DNA from: Cyanobacteriota bacterium
GTDB taxonomy: Bacteria; Cyanobacteriota; Cyanobacteriia; PCC-6307; Cyanobiaceae
Length of the DNA: 64,000 bases
Assembly: GCA_046052125.1 (NCBI GenBank)
Contig: JBJOMY010000002.1
Span: 224,001 to 288,000, forward strand
Reading direction: 5' to 3'
The notes under the pieces are model-generated. The model was not told where the DNA came from. It saw nothing but the letters and a program-made list of their open reading frames with translations, and did no database searches. Of the stretch, positions 21,033 through 29,380 are shown piece after piece; positions within the stretch are counted from its first letter, which is position 1; every line of letters starts with the position of its first letter. Made by a program: the position numbers and the translations under genes.

Positions 21033-21281
21033 TCAGGCCGCCATCGGCTCCTGCTCGTCGTCGAGCAGGCTGCGGCAATCGGCCAACAGGGTGGCTACAC
21101 GATCCAGCCGCAGCAGATCGTCGGGATCGGGCTCAGGCTCTGCAGCCACCCGATCGAGCTGCAATTCCATGGCCGCCAGGCGCTGCTCCAGCTTCACCAG
21201 GCGCTGGGACAGCGCCGCCACCGTTTGCGCCAGATCTTCGGTGGATCGCGTGATCCGGAACGACACCGATTCGCCGGCCAT
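21033..21281 (-). CDS. Small coiled-coil hypothetical protein (82 aa)
   Basis: MAGESVSFRITRSTEDLAQTVAALSQRLVKLEQRLAAMELQL heptad pattern. This is the 3' part of the 21033..21911 ORF. Confidence 0.75.
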   Translation of the reverse strand: MAGESVSFRITRSTEDLAQTVAALSQRLVKLEQRLAAMELQLDRVAAEPEPDPDDLLRLDRVATLLADCRSLLDDEQEPMAA

Positions 21282-21365
21282 GGTGCACAAGCCAAGTGCA
21301 CCGATCACAACACACATGCGGCCAGGCAGCCAGCAGACTTGAGCCATCCCACCGATCTGGCAGCG

Positions 21366-21890
21366 ATGAGCGCGCCCCTGCAGCTGCTCGCTTATCTGAT
21401 GGCTGGCCTGGGGGGAGGATTGCTGGCGATGCGCACGGGCATCCCCGCCGCACCGCTCGCGGGCGCCCTGCTCGGAGCTGGGCTGCTGAGCCTCAGCGGC
21501 CGGCTGGAGGTGGCGAGCTGGCCAGTGGGCACGCGCACAGTGCTGGAGATCGCCATCGGCACCGTGATCGGCACCAGCCTCACCGGCACGGCCCTCACAG
21601 AACTGAGGCAGCTCTGGAAACCAGCCCTGTTGATCACGATCACCCTGGTGATGACCGGCCTGGTGGTGGGGTTGTGGTGCAGCCGCCTGCTGGGCATGGA
21701 TCCACTGGTGGCGCTGCTCGGAGCAGCCCCGGGGGGCATCAGCGGCATGAGCCTTGTGGGAGCTGAATTCGGCGTGGGCGCTGCGGTGGCAGCGCTGCAC
21801 GCTGTGCGCCTGATCATCGTGTTGCTGGTGCTGCCCCTGGCCGTGCGGGTGCTTGTGGCCAGTGGCCTCAGCCAGCCCCCGGCCCCCTGA
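21366..21890 (+). CDS. AbrB-family membrane protein (single repeat, 174 aa)
   Basis: GIPAAPLAGALLG, IGTVIG, LLGAAPGGISGMS and LHAVRL; about 5 TM helices. Confidence 0.85.
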   Translation: MSAPLQLLAYLMAGLGGGLLAMRTGIPAAPLAGALLGAGLLSLSGRLEVASWPVGTRTVLEIAIGTVIGTSLTGTALTELRQLWKPALLITITLVMTGLVVGLWCSRLLGMDPLVALLGAAPGGISGMSLVGAEFGVGAAVAALHAVRLIIVLLVLPLAVRVLVASGLSQPPAP

Positions 21891-21956
21891 AGCTCCACTC
21901 CACTGGATCACTGCCCAGGCGCCCGATACCTTGGGGCGCGTCGCACCGCCAGATCC

Positions 21957-22379
21957 ATGCTCCGTTCAGCTCTCACAGGGGTGATGCCGGCCCTGATGCT
22001 GACGGCGGCAAGCCTGAGCTTCGGCCCGGCGGCCCACGCCGCCACGGAGCCCTCGGGGCCAGCGGCCAAGGGCGCACAGGTGTACTGCTTCATGCGCAAC
22101 TCCGGCAACAACCACGAGGTGAGCTGGCTGGCGGCCTATGCGCTGATCAAACGCCAGAGCGCCAGCCTGTTCAAAACCTCACCAGAACACGCGGCGGTGA
22201 TGATCACCGAAGCTGTGGTTCAGAACCCGGGCACCTTCCCCGACTGCGGCAAATATCTGGGTGATCTCTATGCAAATGCGGTTCAGGAGCAGCAGAAACA
22301 GAAGGAGCAAAGCGAAGCTGCCGCTGCCACAAAGAGCACTGAAGGGGGAGCGACTCGCACTGAGCGCTACGCCTACTAA
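21957..22379 (+). CDS. Conserved hypothetical secreted protein
   Basis: Signal peptide ending AHA, then GAQVYCFMR...HAAVMITEAVV...PDCG. Confidence 0.8.
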   Translation: MLRSALTGVMPALMLTAASLSFGPAAHAATEPSGPAAKGAQVYCFMRNSGNNHEVSWLAAYALIKRQSASLFKTSPEHAAVMITEAVVQNPGTFPDCGKYLGDLYANAVQEQQKQKEQSEAAAATKSTEGGATRTERYAY

Positions 22380-22788
22380 GGCCGCGGCCCTGGGTTCGGC
22401 AGCAGCCCTGGCCCTCACGTTGTTGGCGGGCTGCGTCAGCACCCCTGCCGATCCCACCACCAGCCTGCCCGGGCTGGGCGACTGCCTGAACCGCGTGGAG
22501 ATGAAGAAGCTGCGGCGCGCGTTGGCCCGCTGCAACGAGGTGGTGGACGCCCATCCGCTCCAGCCGCAACCCCGCAATGAACGGGCGTTGCTCCACAGCC
22601 TGGCGGGCGACAACAAGGCCGCCTGCAGCGACAGCCGCGCCGCCTCGGAGCTGCTCAAGCGATTGCCGAAGACCCCTGCTCCCGACCCACTGCTGGTGGA
22701 GGAGATTCAGCTGCGGGCCAAGAGCTGCCAAGCGCTCACCACTGCTCCAGCAACTGCTTCACCAAAGCCGGCAGAGCGCGGCGCCTGA
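22360..22788 (+). CDS. TPR-like lipoprotein (start uncertain, possibly CTG)
   Basis: LAGC lipobox after an Ala/Leu h-region, then a TPR-like segment (NERALLHSLAGDNKAACSD) and several Cys. Confidence 0.65.
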   Translation: MSATPTKAAALGSAAALALTLLAGCVSTPADPTTSLPGLGDCLNRVEMKKLRRALARCNEVVDAHPLQPQPRNERALLHSLAGDNKAACSDSRAASELLKRLPKTPAPDPLLVEEIQLRAKSCQALTTAPATASPKPAERGA

Positions 22789-24325
22789 GCAACAGCTCGA
22801 TGCGCTCAGCCTTGCTGGCGATCAAGTCATCCACCATCTGATCGGCCACCCCCAGCTGCAGCCAATGGCAGTGCAGGCTGCCCTGCATCCCGATGCGGTG
22901 GCAGCGATCCTCCGCCTGCTCGGCATCACCGGGGGTCCAGGGGCGCTCCAGCAACACCACGTGCCTGGCCCGGTGCAGCGTGAAGCCCAGGCCCCCCACA
23001 CCGAAGGTGCTCACCAACAGGGGTTCCGCGCCGGCCTGAAAGCCATCCACAATCCGCTGCCGTTCCGCCGCCGGCTGCCGGCCCGTGAGCAGGGCGCCGC
23101 CAAGACGCGCATGCAACAGCTGCGCTGCGGCCACAAACGCCGTGAACACCACCACCGCTTCCCCCTGTGCCAGCAAGCGCTGCACAAGCGCCGTGGCGGC
23201 GGGCAGTTTGTACTCGGCACTGATCTGGCGCAGGGCCGTAAACGCCGCCAGCACCTCGGCGTCACGCCGCACCAGGCCTGCCGCGGCCCGGCTGCGGTAA
23301 TCGTCCACCTTCAGCTGCAGCCGGTGCTGAAAACCCTGGCCCTCCGCATCGCTCAAGCTCACCGGCACCATCAGGCGCTGCTTGGGCGGGAGATCCAAAC
23401 AATCCTGTTTACGGCGGTGCAGCACCAGCGGCCGGGTGAGCCGTTGCAACTCTTCGAGATGGGTGGCCCCCATGGCCTGCCATTGGCGTTTGCCACCCCG
23501 TTCGAGCCAGTGCCCCTGGCAATAGCGCTCCTCAAACGCCCGCTGATCGGCCGCCAAGGGATGACCGATCGCTGCCAGCAAGGGGAACAGCTGCACGGGC
23601 CGGCCGTTCTTCATCGGCGTGCCCGTGAGCAGCCACACCGCCCGCAGCCGCGGATGACGGCTCAGGCGCAGGAAGGCCTGGGTGCGGCTGGCCTGCAGGT
23701 TCTGGGCGTAGTGGGCTTCATCGGCGATCAACACCGTGCCGGCCGGAGGCAGTTCCGCGGGAAGGCGGGCCCAACTCAGCAACTCCAACTGCAGCTGCAG
23801 GGCTGAAGCTTCCTGACGCCAGTGCTGATGCAGACCGGCGGGTGCCACCACCACAATCCGGCAATCGGCGGCGCGCACCATGGCCCGGGCCGCCGCCAAG
23901 GCGGTGAGGGTTTTGCCCAGACCCATGGCATCGGCCAGTACGGCCCCGCGGCGGGCCAGCAACCAGCGCGCCGCCGCCCGCTGATGGGCAAACAGGCTGC
24001 GGCCATCCGGAAGAGGCTGCTCGAGAGCGGCGAGCTCCACCAAGCGGCGATGGGGCGGCAGCGGCGGCAGGGGCTGCTCAAGCCAGGTGAACCACTGCTC
24101 CAGATCAGGGGCCACAGCAAAGCGATGGCCGAACTGCCGCCGCAACACCGCCGCCGCCTCGAGGGGGAATTGCCAGCAACCGCGCCGGCCGATCCAGTGC
24201 CCCCGCGGACGCACAGCCCGCAGCTGCGCCTGGGTGACCGCATCGAAGGGGAGCTGCAGCTCAATGCAACCGGAGGCCCCAAGACGCATCAAACAGCGCT
24301 GCAGCGTTTGAGGGCGTGCGGGCAA
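22736..24325 (-). CDS. SNF2-family helicase/translocase with HARP-like N-terminal domain
   Basis: LADAMGLGKT, DEAH, LTGTP, GLGFTL and QAEDRCHRIG. The N-terminus reads PFDAVTQAQLR...HWIGRRGCWQFP. Confidence 0.88.
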   Translation of the reverse strand: MPARPQTLQRCLMRLGASGCIELQLPFDAVTQAQLRAVRPRGHWIGRRGCWQFPLEAAAVLRRQFGHRFAVAPDLEQWFTWLEQPLPPLPPHRRLVELAALEQPLPDGRSLFAHQRAAARWLLARRGAVLADAMGLGKTLTALAAARAMVRAADCRIVVVAPAGLHQHWRQEASALQLQLELLSWARLPAELPPAGTVLIADEAHYAQNLQASRTQAFLRLSRHPRLRAVWLLTGTPMKNGRPVQLFPLLAAIGHPLAADQRAFEERYCQGHWLERGGKRQWQAMGATHLEELQRLTRPLVLHRRKQDCLDLPPKQRLMVPVSLSDAEGQGFQHRLQLKVDDYRSRAAAGLVRRDAEVLAAFTALRQISAEYKLPAATALVQRLLAQGEAVVVFTAFVAAAQLLHARLGGALLTGRQPAAERQRIVDGFQAGAEPLLVSTFGVGGLGFTLHRARHVVLLERPWTPGDAEQAEDRCHRIGMQGSLHCHWLQLGVADQMVDDLIASKAERIELLLRRRALPALVKQLLEQW

Positions 24326-24346
24326 GAGGCCAGGCGAGCGAAATTG

Positions 24347-24374
24347 ATTCTAACGACGCCTCAAGGCGAGGCAA
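24347..24374 (-). promoter_or_regulatory. Putative sigma70-type promoter for the SNF2 helicase
   Basis: Minus strand TTGCCT (24374-24369)-N16-TAGAAT (24352-24347). Confidence 0.45.
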
Positions 24375-24413
24375 GCAAGGCGATCAAGTGCGAAAACTGC
24401 ATCGCTCGACACA

Positions 24414-24441
24414 TTGACATCCCAGCCACCGCAGGCAAACT
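24414..24441 (+). promoter_or_regulatory. Putative promoter for the HNH gene
   Basis: Perfect TTGACA at 24414-24419, then N16 and CAAACT at 24436-24441. Confidence 0.45.
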
Positions 24442-24462
24442 CACTGCAACCGAACCATGCGG

Positions 24463-24837
24463 ATGCACGCCAGGGATGCGGTGTTCCTTGAGGATCTGTG
24501 CCCCAAACTTCGTGTTCGTCGCTGGAGACAATCTCTCCATTCGTTTACTCACAAAACCTGCATTTACTGCGGGAAGCCATCTGAATCCATCGACCATGTA
24601 CTGCCCCAGAGCCGTGGCGGGCTGAGCACCACCGAAAATTGCGTACCGGCCTGCCTGGCCTGCAACGGCCGCAAGAGCGACGCCGACGCCTTCGAGTGGT
24701 ATCGGCGCCAGCGCTTTTATGACCCCCGCCGGGCGATGGCGATCCGGGCTTGGACCGATGGCGACCTGCGCCTGGCGATGCGCCTGTTGCAGTGGGCCAG
24801 CCCCCAGCGAGCGCCCCTGGGCCTGCAGGCGGCGTGA
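24463..24837 (+). CDS. HNH endonuclease-family protein
   Basis: CIYCG...SIDHVLPQSRGG...NCVPACLACNGRK, the McrA-like HNH with zinc ligands. An alternative ATG is at 24457. Confidence 0.9.
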   Translation: MHARDAVFLEDLCPKLRVRRWRQSLHSFTHKTCIYCGKPSESIDHVLPQSRGGLSTTENCVPACLACNGRKSDADAFEWYRRQRFYDPRRAMAIRAWTDGDLRLAMRLLQWASPQRAPLGLQAA

Positions 24838-24847
24838 TCCGCTGGCC

Positions 24848-25081
24848 TCACCAGATCCGGCAAGCCGCAGCACCGTTGTGTCGCTCGCAGATCTCCGCCT
24901 GGGCAGCGGGCTGCTCCGGAGCGAGCAGGGCAGCCCCGAGCACCAGCGCAACCACAGCTGGCCACACCAGCTGGCGGCGCTGAATCCTGGTGCGCACACC
25001 AGGCGCCGTTGCCAGCAGGGAGACAGGCCGCTGCAGGGCGCGACCAACAGTCAGGGGAGTAGAGAAACAGGACGCGGTCAT
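24848..25081 (-). CDS. Small single-TM protein with C-terminal C-x8-C-RIW tail
   Basis: 77 aa: basic RTRIQRRQ, hydrophobic LVWPAVVALVLGAALL, then APEQPAAQAEICERHNGAAACRIW. It has its own promoter and operator upstream. Confidence 0.65.
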   Translation of the reverse strand: MTASCFSTPLTVGRALQRPVSLLATAPGVRTRIQRRQLVWPAVVALVLGAALLAPEQPAAQAEICERHNGAAACRIW

Positions 25082-25098
25082 CGCCGAATCGAATCAGT

Positions 25099-25133
25099 GA
25101 TACAGGTGTACTCATGACCTCCCGTGCTGTCAA
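25099..25133 (-). promoter_or_regulatory. Promoter whose -10 overlaps a cyanobacterial LexA-box-like operator
   Basis: Minus strand TTGACA (25133-25128)-N17-TACACC (25110-25105). The operator AGTACA-CC-TGTATC (25112-25099) compares with the consensus AGTACA-N2-TGTACT. Confidence 0.65.
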
Positions 25134-26019
25134 CCCGGGGGCCAGGGTGCTGGTGGTGGGCGGCGGTTACAGCGGCGAGCGCTTCGCCCGAGCCGCAGCC
25201 GAACGCGGCGCAACGGTGTGGCTCACCCATCGCCGCGAAAGGGATCTCGGTGGCGAGCCCGCCGCCCCAAGCAGGCTCTCCTGGCTGCGCTTTGACGCAG
25301 ACGCCCAGGCGATCCCTGCGCTGCCAGAGCAGCTCAGCCATGTGCTGATCACCCTGCCCCCCCAGGCCGATGGGAGCGACGCAGCGCTCAACCACTTGCT
25401 GGAGCCCCTACGCCAGCAGCCGCTGCGCTGGCTCGGCTACCTCTCCACCACGGGGGTCTATGGCGACAGCCAGGGGGCCTGGGTGGATGAGCACTCCCCC
25501 ACCGAGCCGACCCTGCCCCGCAGTCAGGCGCGGCTGCGCTGCGAGCAACGCTGGCTCAGCAGCGGCCTGCCGGTGCAGAGCTTCCGGCTGCCCGCTATCT
25601 ACGGCCCGGGCCGCTGCCCGTTTGAGCAGCTGCGCAGCGGTGCGGCGCGGCTGGTGCACAAGCCCGGCCAGGTGTTCTGCCGGATCCATGTGGACGACAT
25701 CGTGGGGGCACTGCTGCACGCCAGCAACCAGCCCGAGGGCAAGCAGCCAGCGGTGATCAACGTGAGCGACGACACTCCCTGCCCCTCCAGCGAAACCCTG
25801 GGCTACGCCGCCCACCTCCTGGACTGCAAGCTGCCGGCCGTGCAGCGCTTCGAGGCCATCGCCCCTCAGATGAGCCCGATGGCCCTGAGTTTCTGGGCCG
25901 ACAACCGGCGCGTGAGCAACCAGCGCCTCTGCGGCGAGCTGGGTTACCAGCTCCGCTATCCCAGCTACCGGGAGGGCTTCGCCGCCAGCCTGGCGGAAGA
26001 GCAGCGAGCAAAGGCTTAG
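25114..26019 (+). CDS. NAD-dependent epimerase/dehydratase (atypical SDR, YeeZ-like)
   Basis: VLVVGGGYSG Rossmann motif, YLSTTGVYGD, RLPAIYGPGR, RIHVDD and YPSYREG. The true start may be GTG 25147. Confidence 0.88.
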   Translation: MTSRAVNPGARVLVVGGGYSGERFARAAAERGATVWLTHRRERDLGGEPAAPSRLSWLRFDADAQAIPALPEQLSHVLITLPPQADGSDAALNHLLEPLRQQPLRWLGYLSTTGVYGDSQGAWVDEHSPTEPTLPRSQARLRCEQRWLSSGLPVQSFRLPAIYGPGRCPFEQLRSGAARLVHKPGQVFCRIHVDDIVGALLHASNQPEGKQPAVINVSDDTPCPSSETLGYAAHLLDCKLPAVQRFEAIAPQMSPMALSFWADNRRVSNQRLCGELGYQLRYPSYREGFAASLAEEQRAKA

Positions 26020-26174
26020 GTCTGCTGCCCCTGGGGTGCAGGATTCTCGGGATCCGGCACAAAGGGAACACCGACGTCGTGCAGGAGCCGCTGCCAGTGC
26101 AGCTCCACCCAGCCGCTCTCCACGCCCTTCACCAGGCCGAAGCCCATCAGCAGCAACAACACCCAGCGCAGCAT
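26016..26174 (-). CDS. Small membrane protein (52 aa)
   Basis: [35 protein letters not shown]. It fills the SDR-pdxA gap exactly, and its stop overlaps the SDR stop. Confidence 0.6.
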   Translation of the reverse strand: MLRWVLLLLMGFGLVKGVESGWVELHWQRLLHDVGVPFVPDPENPAPQGQQT

Positions 26175-27201
26175 GCTCAACCAAGCCAGCCCCACGCACG
26201 CTAGGCGGGCTCCCCTGGCCATTTCCCTGGGGGATCCGGCAGGCATCGGCGCGGAAGTGACGCTCAAGGCGCTGGCCCACTGGCCCGCCGATCAACCGGC
26301 GCCACGGCTGGTGGGCTGCCGCCGCTGGCTGGAGCGCAGCTACCAGCAGTTGCGGTCCTGCACGACCGAACCCCTCGCAGACCCGGCACACCTGGATGTG
26401 CTGGATCTGCCCCTGGAGCAAGCGCTCGAGCCATGCCAGGCCGGCGCCGCCAGCGGTGATGCCAGCTTCCACTGGCTGAGCGCTGCGGTGGCACAGGTGC
26501 AGAGTGGCCATTGCAAGGCCCTGGTCACCGCGCCGATCGCCAAACACGCCTGGCACGCAGCCGGCCACCGATACCCGGGCCAAACGGAACGGCTGGCTGA
26601 ACTGGCCGGGGTTGCGGAAGCCTCGATGCTGTTCACGGCCCGCTCCCTGAGCAGCGGCTGGCGCCTCAACACCCTGCTGGCCACCACCCACATCCCACTG
26701 GGGGAGGTTCCCTCACGGCTGGATGCCTCACGCATCAACCGCAAGCTCGATGTGTTGCTGGCCTTCTGTGAGCGGTTCACGGCCCAGCCACGGCTGACGG
26801 TGGCAGGACTCAATCCCCACGCCGGTGAAGGCGGGCAGCTGGGACGCGAGGAACAGGATTGGCTGATCCCTGCCCTGGAGCGCTGGCGGCAGGAGCACCC
26901 TGGCGTAACGCTGGACGGCCCGCTGCCACCGGACACCTGCTGGCTGGAGGCCGGCCGGGCCTGGCAGGGGCTCAGCGAAGAGGCCAACAACGCAGCCCAC
27001 GGCTACCTGGCGCTGTATCACGACCAGGGACTGATTCCGGTGAAGCTGCTGGCCTTTGACCAGGCAGTGAACACCAGCCTGGGGCTGCCGTTTCTACGCA
27101 CCTCTCCGGATCACGGCACGGGGTTCGGGATCGCCGGGCGAGGCATCGCCCGGGCCGACAGCATGCGCGCCGCCCTGGAGACGGCGCTGGAGCTGGGTTA
27201 G
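26173..27201 (+). CDS. pdxA: 4-hydroxythreonine-4-phosphate dehydrogenase
   Basis: [34 protein letters not shown] and RTSPDHGT. Confidence 0.96.
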   Translation: MLNQASPTHARRAPLAISLGDPAGIGAEVTLKALAHWPADQPAPRLVGCRRWLERSYQQLRSCTTEPLADPAHLDVLDLPLEQALEPCQAGAASGDASFHWLSAAVAQVQSGHCKALVTAPIAKHAWHAAGHRYPGQTERLAELAGVAEASMLFTARSLSSGWRLNTLLATTHIPLGEVPSRLDASRINRKLDVLLAFCERFTAQPRLTVAGLNPHAGEGGQLGREEQDWLIPALERWRQEHPGVTLDGPLPPDTCWLEAGRAWQGLSEEANNAAHGYLALYHDQGLIPVKLLAFDQAVNTSLGLPFLRTSPDHGTGFGIAGRGIARADSMRAALETALELG

Positions 27202-27668
27202 GGCTTGACCCGCATCAACACCTGGCCGAATTCCACGGGGGTGCCGTTCTCCACCAGGATCTCCACCACCTCGCCGCTCACCTCCGACTCGAGCTCATTC
27301 ATGAGCTTCATCGCCTCGAGGATGCAGACGGTCTGGCCCACATTGATGCGGGCACCGAGCTCAACGAACGGCGGATCGCCAGGCGAGGGTGCGCGATAGA
27401 AGGTGGCCACCATCGGTGCGGTGATCTCCACCAGATCACCACGCACGGCCGGAGCAGCCGGCGGAGCGGCCGATGGAGCAGCGGCTGCAGCGGCAGCCAC
27501 CGGGGCCATGGCGGCCGGGGCCGCCTGCATCACCACCTGGGGCTGACTGGCCGGAAGATTGCGGCGCAGCTCAAGGCGGAAGTCGTCGCCTTCGAGCTTG
27601 AGCTCCTGGATATCGCTGTCGCCCAGAAGGGCGATCAGCTCACGCAGTTGGCTGTGATCGAGTTGCAT
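27198..27668 (-). CDS. accB: Acetyl-CoA carboxylase biotin carboxyl carrier protein
   Basis: EAMKLMNE biotinylation motif and an Ala/Pro linker. Follows efp. Confidence 0.97.
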   Translation of the reverse strand: MQLDHSQLRELIALLGDSDIQELKLEGDDFRLELRRNLPASQPQVVMQAAPAAMAPVAAAAAAAPSAAPPAAPAVRGDLVEITAPMVATFYRAPSPGDPPFVELGARINVGQTVCILEAMKLMNELESEVSGEVVEILVENGTPVEFGQVLMRVKP

Positions 27669-27673
27669 GGCGA

Positions 27674-28234
27674 TCAGTTCTCGCGGCCGAGGTAGCTATC
27701 GGTGCGGGTATCGATCTTGATCTTCTCGCCCACAGACAGGAACAGGGGCACCATCACCTGGGCACCGGTTTCCACGATCGCCGGCTTGGTGCCGCCAGTG
27801 GCGGTGTCGCCCTTCACGCCGGGGTCGGTTTCAGTGATTTCCAGCACCACGGAGTTGGGCAGTTCCACTTCCAGGGGCTTGCCGTTCCAGTAGACGACAT
27901 TCACCTCCATGCCTTCCTTGAGGTACTTGCGCTGATCGCCGATCTGCTTGGCGGTCAGGCGGGTCTCCTCGTAGGAGGACATATCCATAAAGATGTAGTC
28001 CTCACCTTCCATATAGGTGTGCTGGAGCACGGCCTTCTCCAGCTGCGCCTGGGGCACAGTTTCACCGGCGCGGAAGGTTTTCTCCACCACGTTGCCGCTC
28101 TGCACCGCCTTGAGCTTGGTGCGCACGAAAGCCGAGCCTTTGCCGGGCTTCACGTGCAGGAACTCAACAACGCGCCAGACCTGGCCATCGATCTCAATCG
28201 TTGTGCCGGTTCGAAAGTCGTTGCTCGAGATCAT
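27674..28234 (-). CDS. efp: Translation elongation factor P
   Basis: [22 protein letters not shown] and PGVKGDT; 186 aa. Confidence 0.98.
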   Translation of the reverse strand: MISSNDFRTGTTIEIDGQVWRVVEFLHVKPGKGSAFVRTKLKAVQSGNVVEKTFRAGETVPQAQLEKAVLQHTYMEGEDYIFMDMSSYEETRLTAKQIGDQRKYLKEGMEVNVVYWNGKPLEVELPNSVVLEITETDPGVKGDTATGGTKPAIVETGAQVMVPLFLSVGEKIKIDTRTDSYLGREN

Positions 28235-28301
28235 TCCGGCAGAACGGTTCAGGCGGGATTGTACGGCTGTGGCAGAGTCCCGGCAGAGACAAGGCTGCAG
28301 C

Positions 28302-29375
28302 ATGGATCTCAAGCGCTGGCTCCTGGCCGCTCTGGTGGTGCTTGCCCTGATCTGCCCGATCGGAGCCGCCCCGGCCCACGCCGCCCTGCCGCCGGGCAAT
28401 GCCGTGAAGGACCCCACGGCGATCCTGCGCAATGCCCTGCCGATCGATCAGCCCGATCTGCAGGAACTGCAGCACCGGCTCGAGAGCACCAGCGATGACC
28501 TTCGGGCCAAACGCTGGAGCGCCCTCACCACCACGGCACGCCGCAGCCAGACCCTGCTCAGCAGCCGCCGTCAGGCCATCCTCGACAGCCTCCCCGCCAA
28601 CGATCAGGCCCAGGCCAGCCTCGTGCTGGATCAACTGGACGCCCAGGTGCAGGCGGTGGCCGCCGCCACAGAGGTGAGTGATCGCGACGCGTTCCTCGAT
28701 GCCCGCCGCGCCGCCCTCAGCAGCATCGGCCAATTGGAAGCGCTGCTCGTGGGCGACTTCCCCTTTGAGATCCCGGCCGAATTCGCCGATCTACCCCGCC
28801 TGCTCGGCCGGGCCACCGTGGAGATCGAAACCACCCAGGGCAAGCTCACCGCCGTGGTGGATGGCTACAACGCACCGATCACTGCCGGCGCCTTCGTGGA
28901 TCTGGTGCAGAAAGGCTTCTACGACGGCCTGCCCTTCACCCGCGCCGAAGACTTCTACGTGCTGCAGACGGGCGATCCGAAGGGTCCGGAAACCGGCTAC
29001 ATCGATCCGAAGACCAAGAGCGAGCGCACCGTCCCCCTGGAAATCATGGTTCCGGGTGAAGAGGCGCCCTTCTACAACGCCACCTTCGAGGATCTGGGCC
29101 TGTTCACCGCCCAGCCGGTGCTGCCCTTCGCCACCCTCGGCACCCTGGGCTGGGCCCACTCCGATGAAGCCTTGAACGACGGCTCCTCGCAGTTCTTCTT
29201 CTTCCTCTATGAGGCGGAGCTCACCCCCGCCGGCCTCAACCTGGTGGATGGCCGCTACAGCGCTTTCGGCTATGTGGTGGATGGCTTTGACGTGCTTGAG
29301 GAGCTGGGGATCAGCGACGGCATCGTGAAGGCGCGGGTGATCGAGGGTGCCGACAACCTCAAGCCCCACGCCTGA
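28302..29375 (+). CDS. Cyclophilin-type peptidyl-prolyl isomerase (TLP40/CYP38-like)
   Basis: Signal peptide ending AHA, a helical N-domain, [23 protein letters not shown] and GSSQFFFFL. Confidence 0.9.
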   Translation: MDLKRWLLAALVVLALICPIGAAPAHAALPPGNAVKDPTAILRNALPIDQPDLQELQHRLESTSDDLRAKRWSALTTTARRSQTLLSSRRQAILDSLPANDQAQASLVLDQLDAQVQAVAAATEVSDRDAFLDARRAALSSIGQLEALLVGDFPFEIPAEFADLPRLLGRATVEIETTQGKLTAVVDGYNAPITAGAFVDLVQKGFYDGLPFTRAEDFYVLQTGDPKGPETGYIDPKTKSERTVPLEIMVPGEEAPFYNATFEDLGLFTAQPVLPFATLGTLGWAHSDEALNDGSSQFFFFLYEAELTPAGLNLVDGRYSAFGYVVDGFDVLEELGISDGIVKARVIEGADNLKPHA

Positions 29376-29380
29376 GTGCC

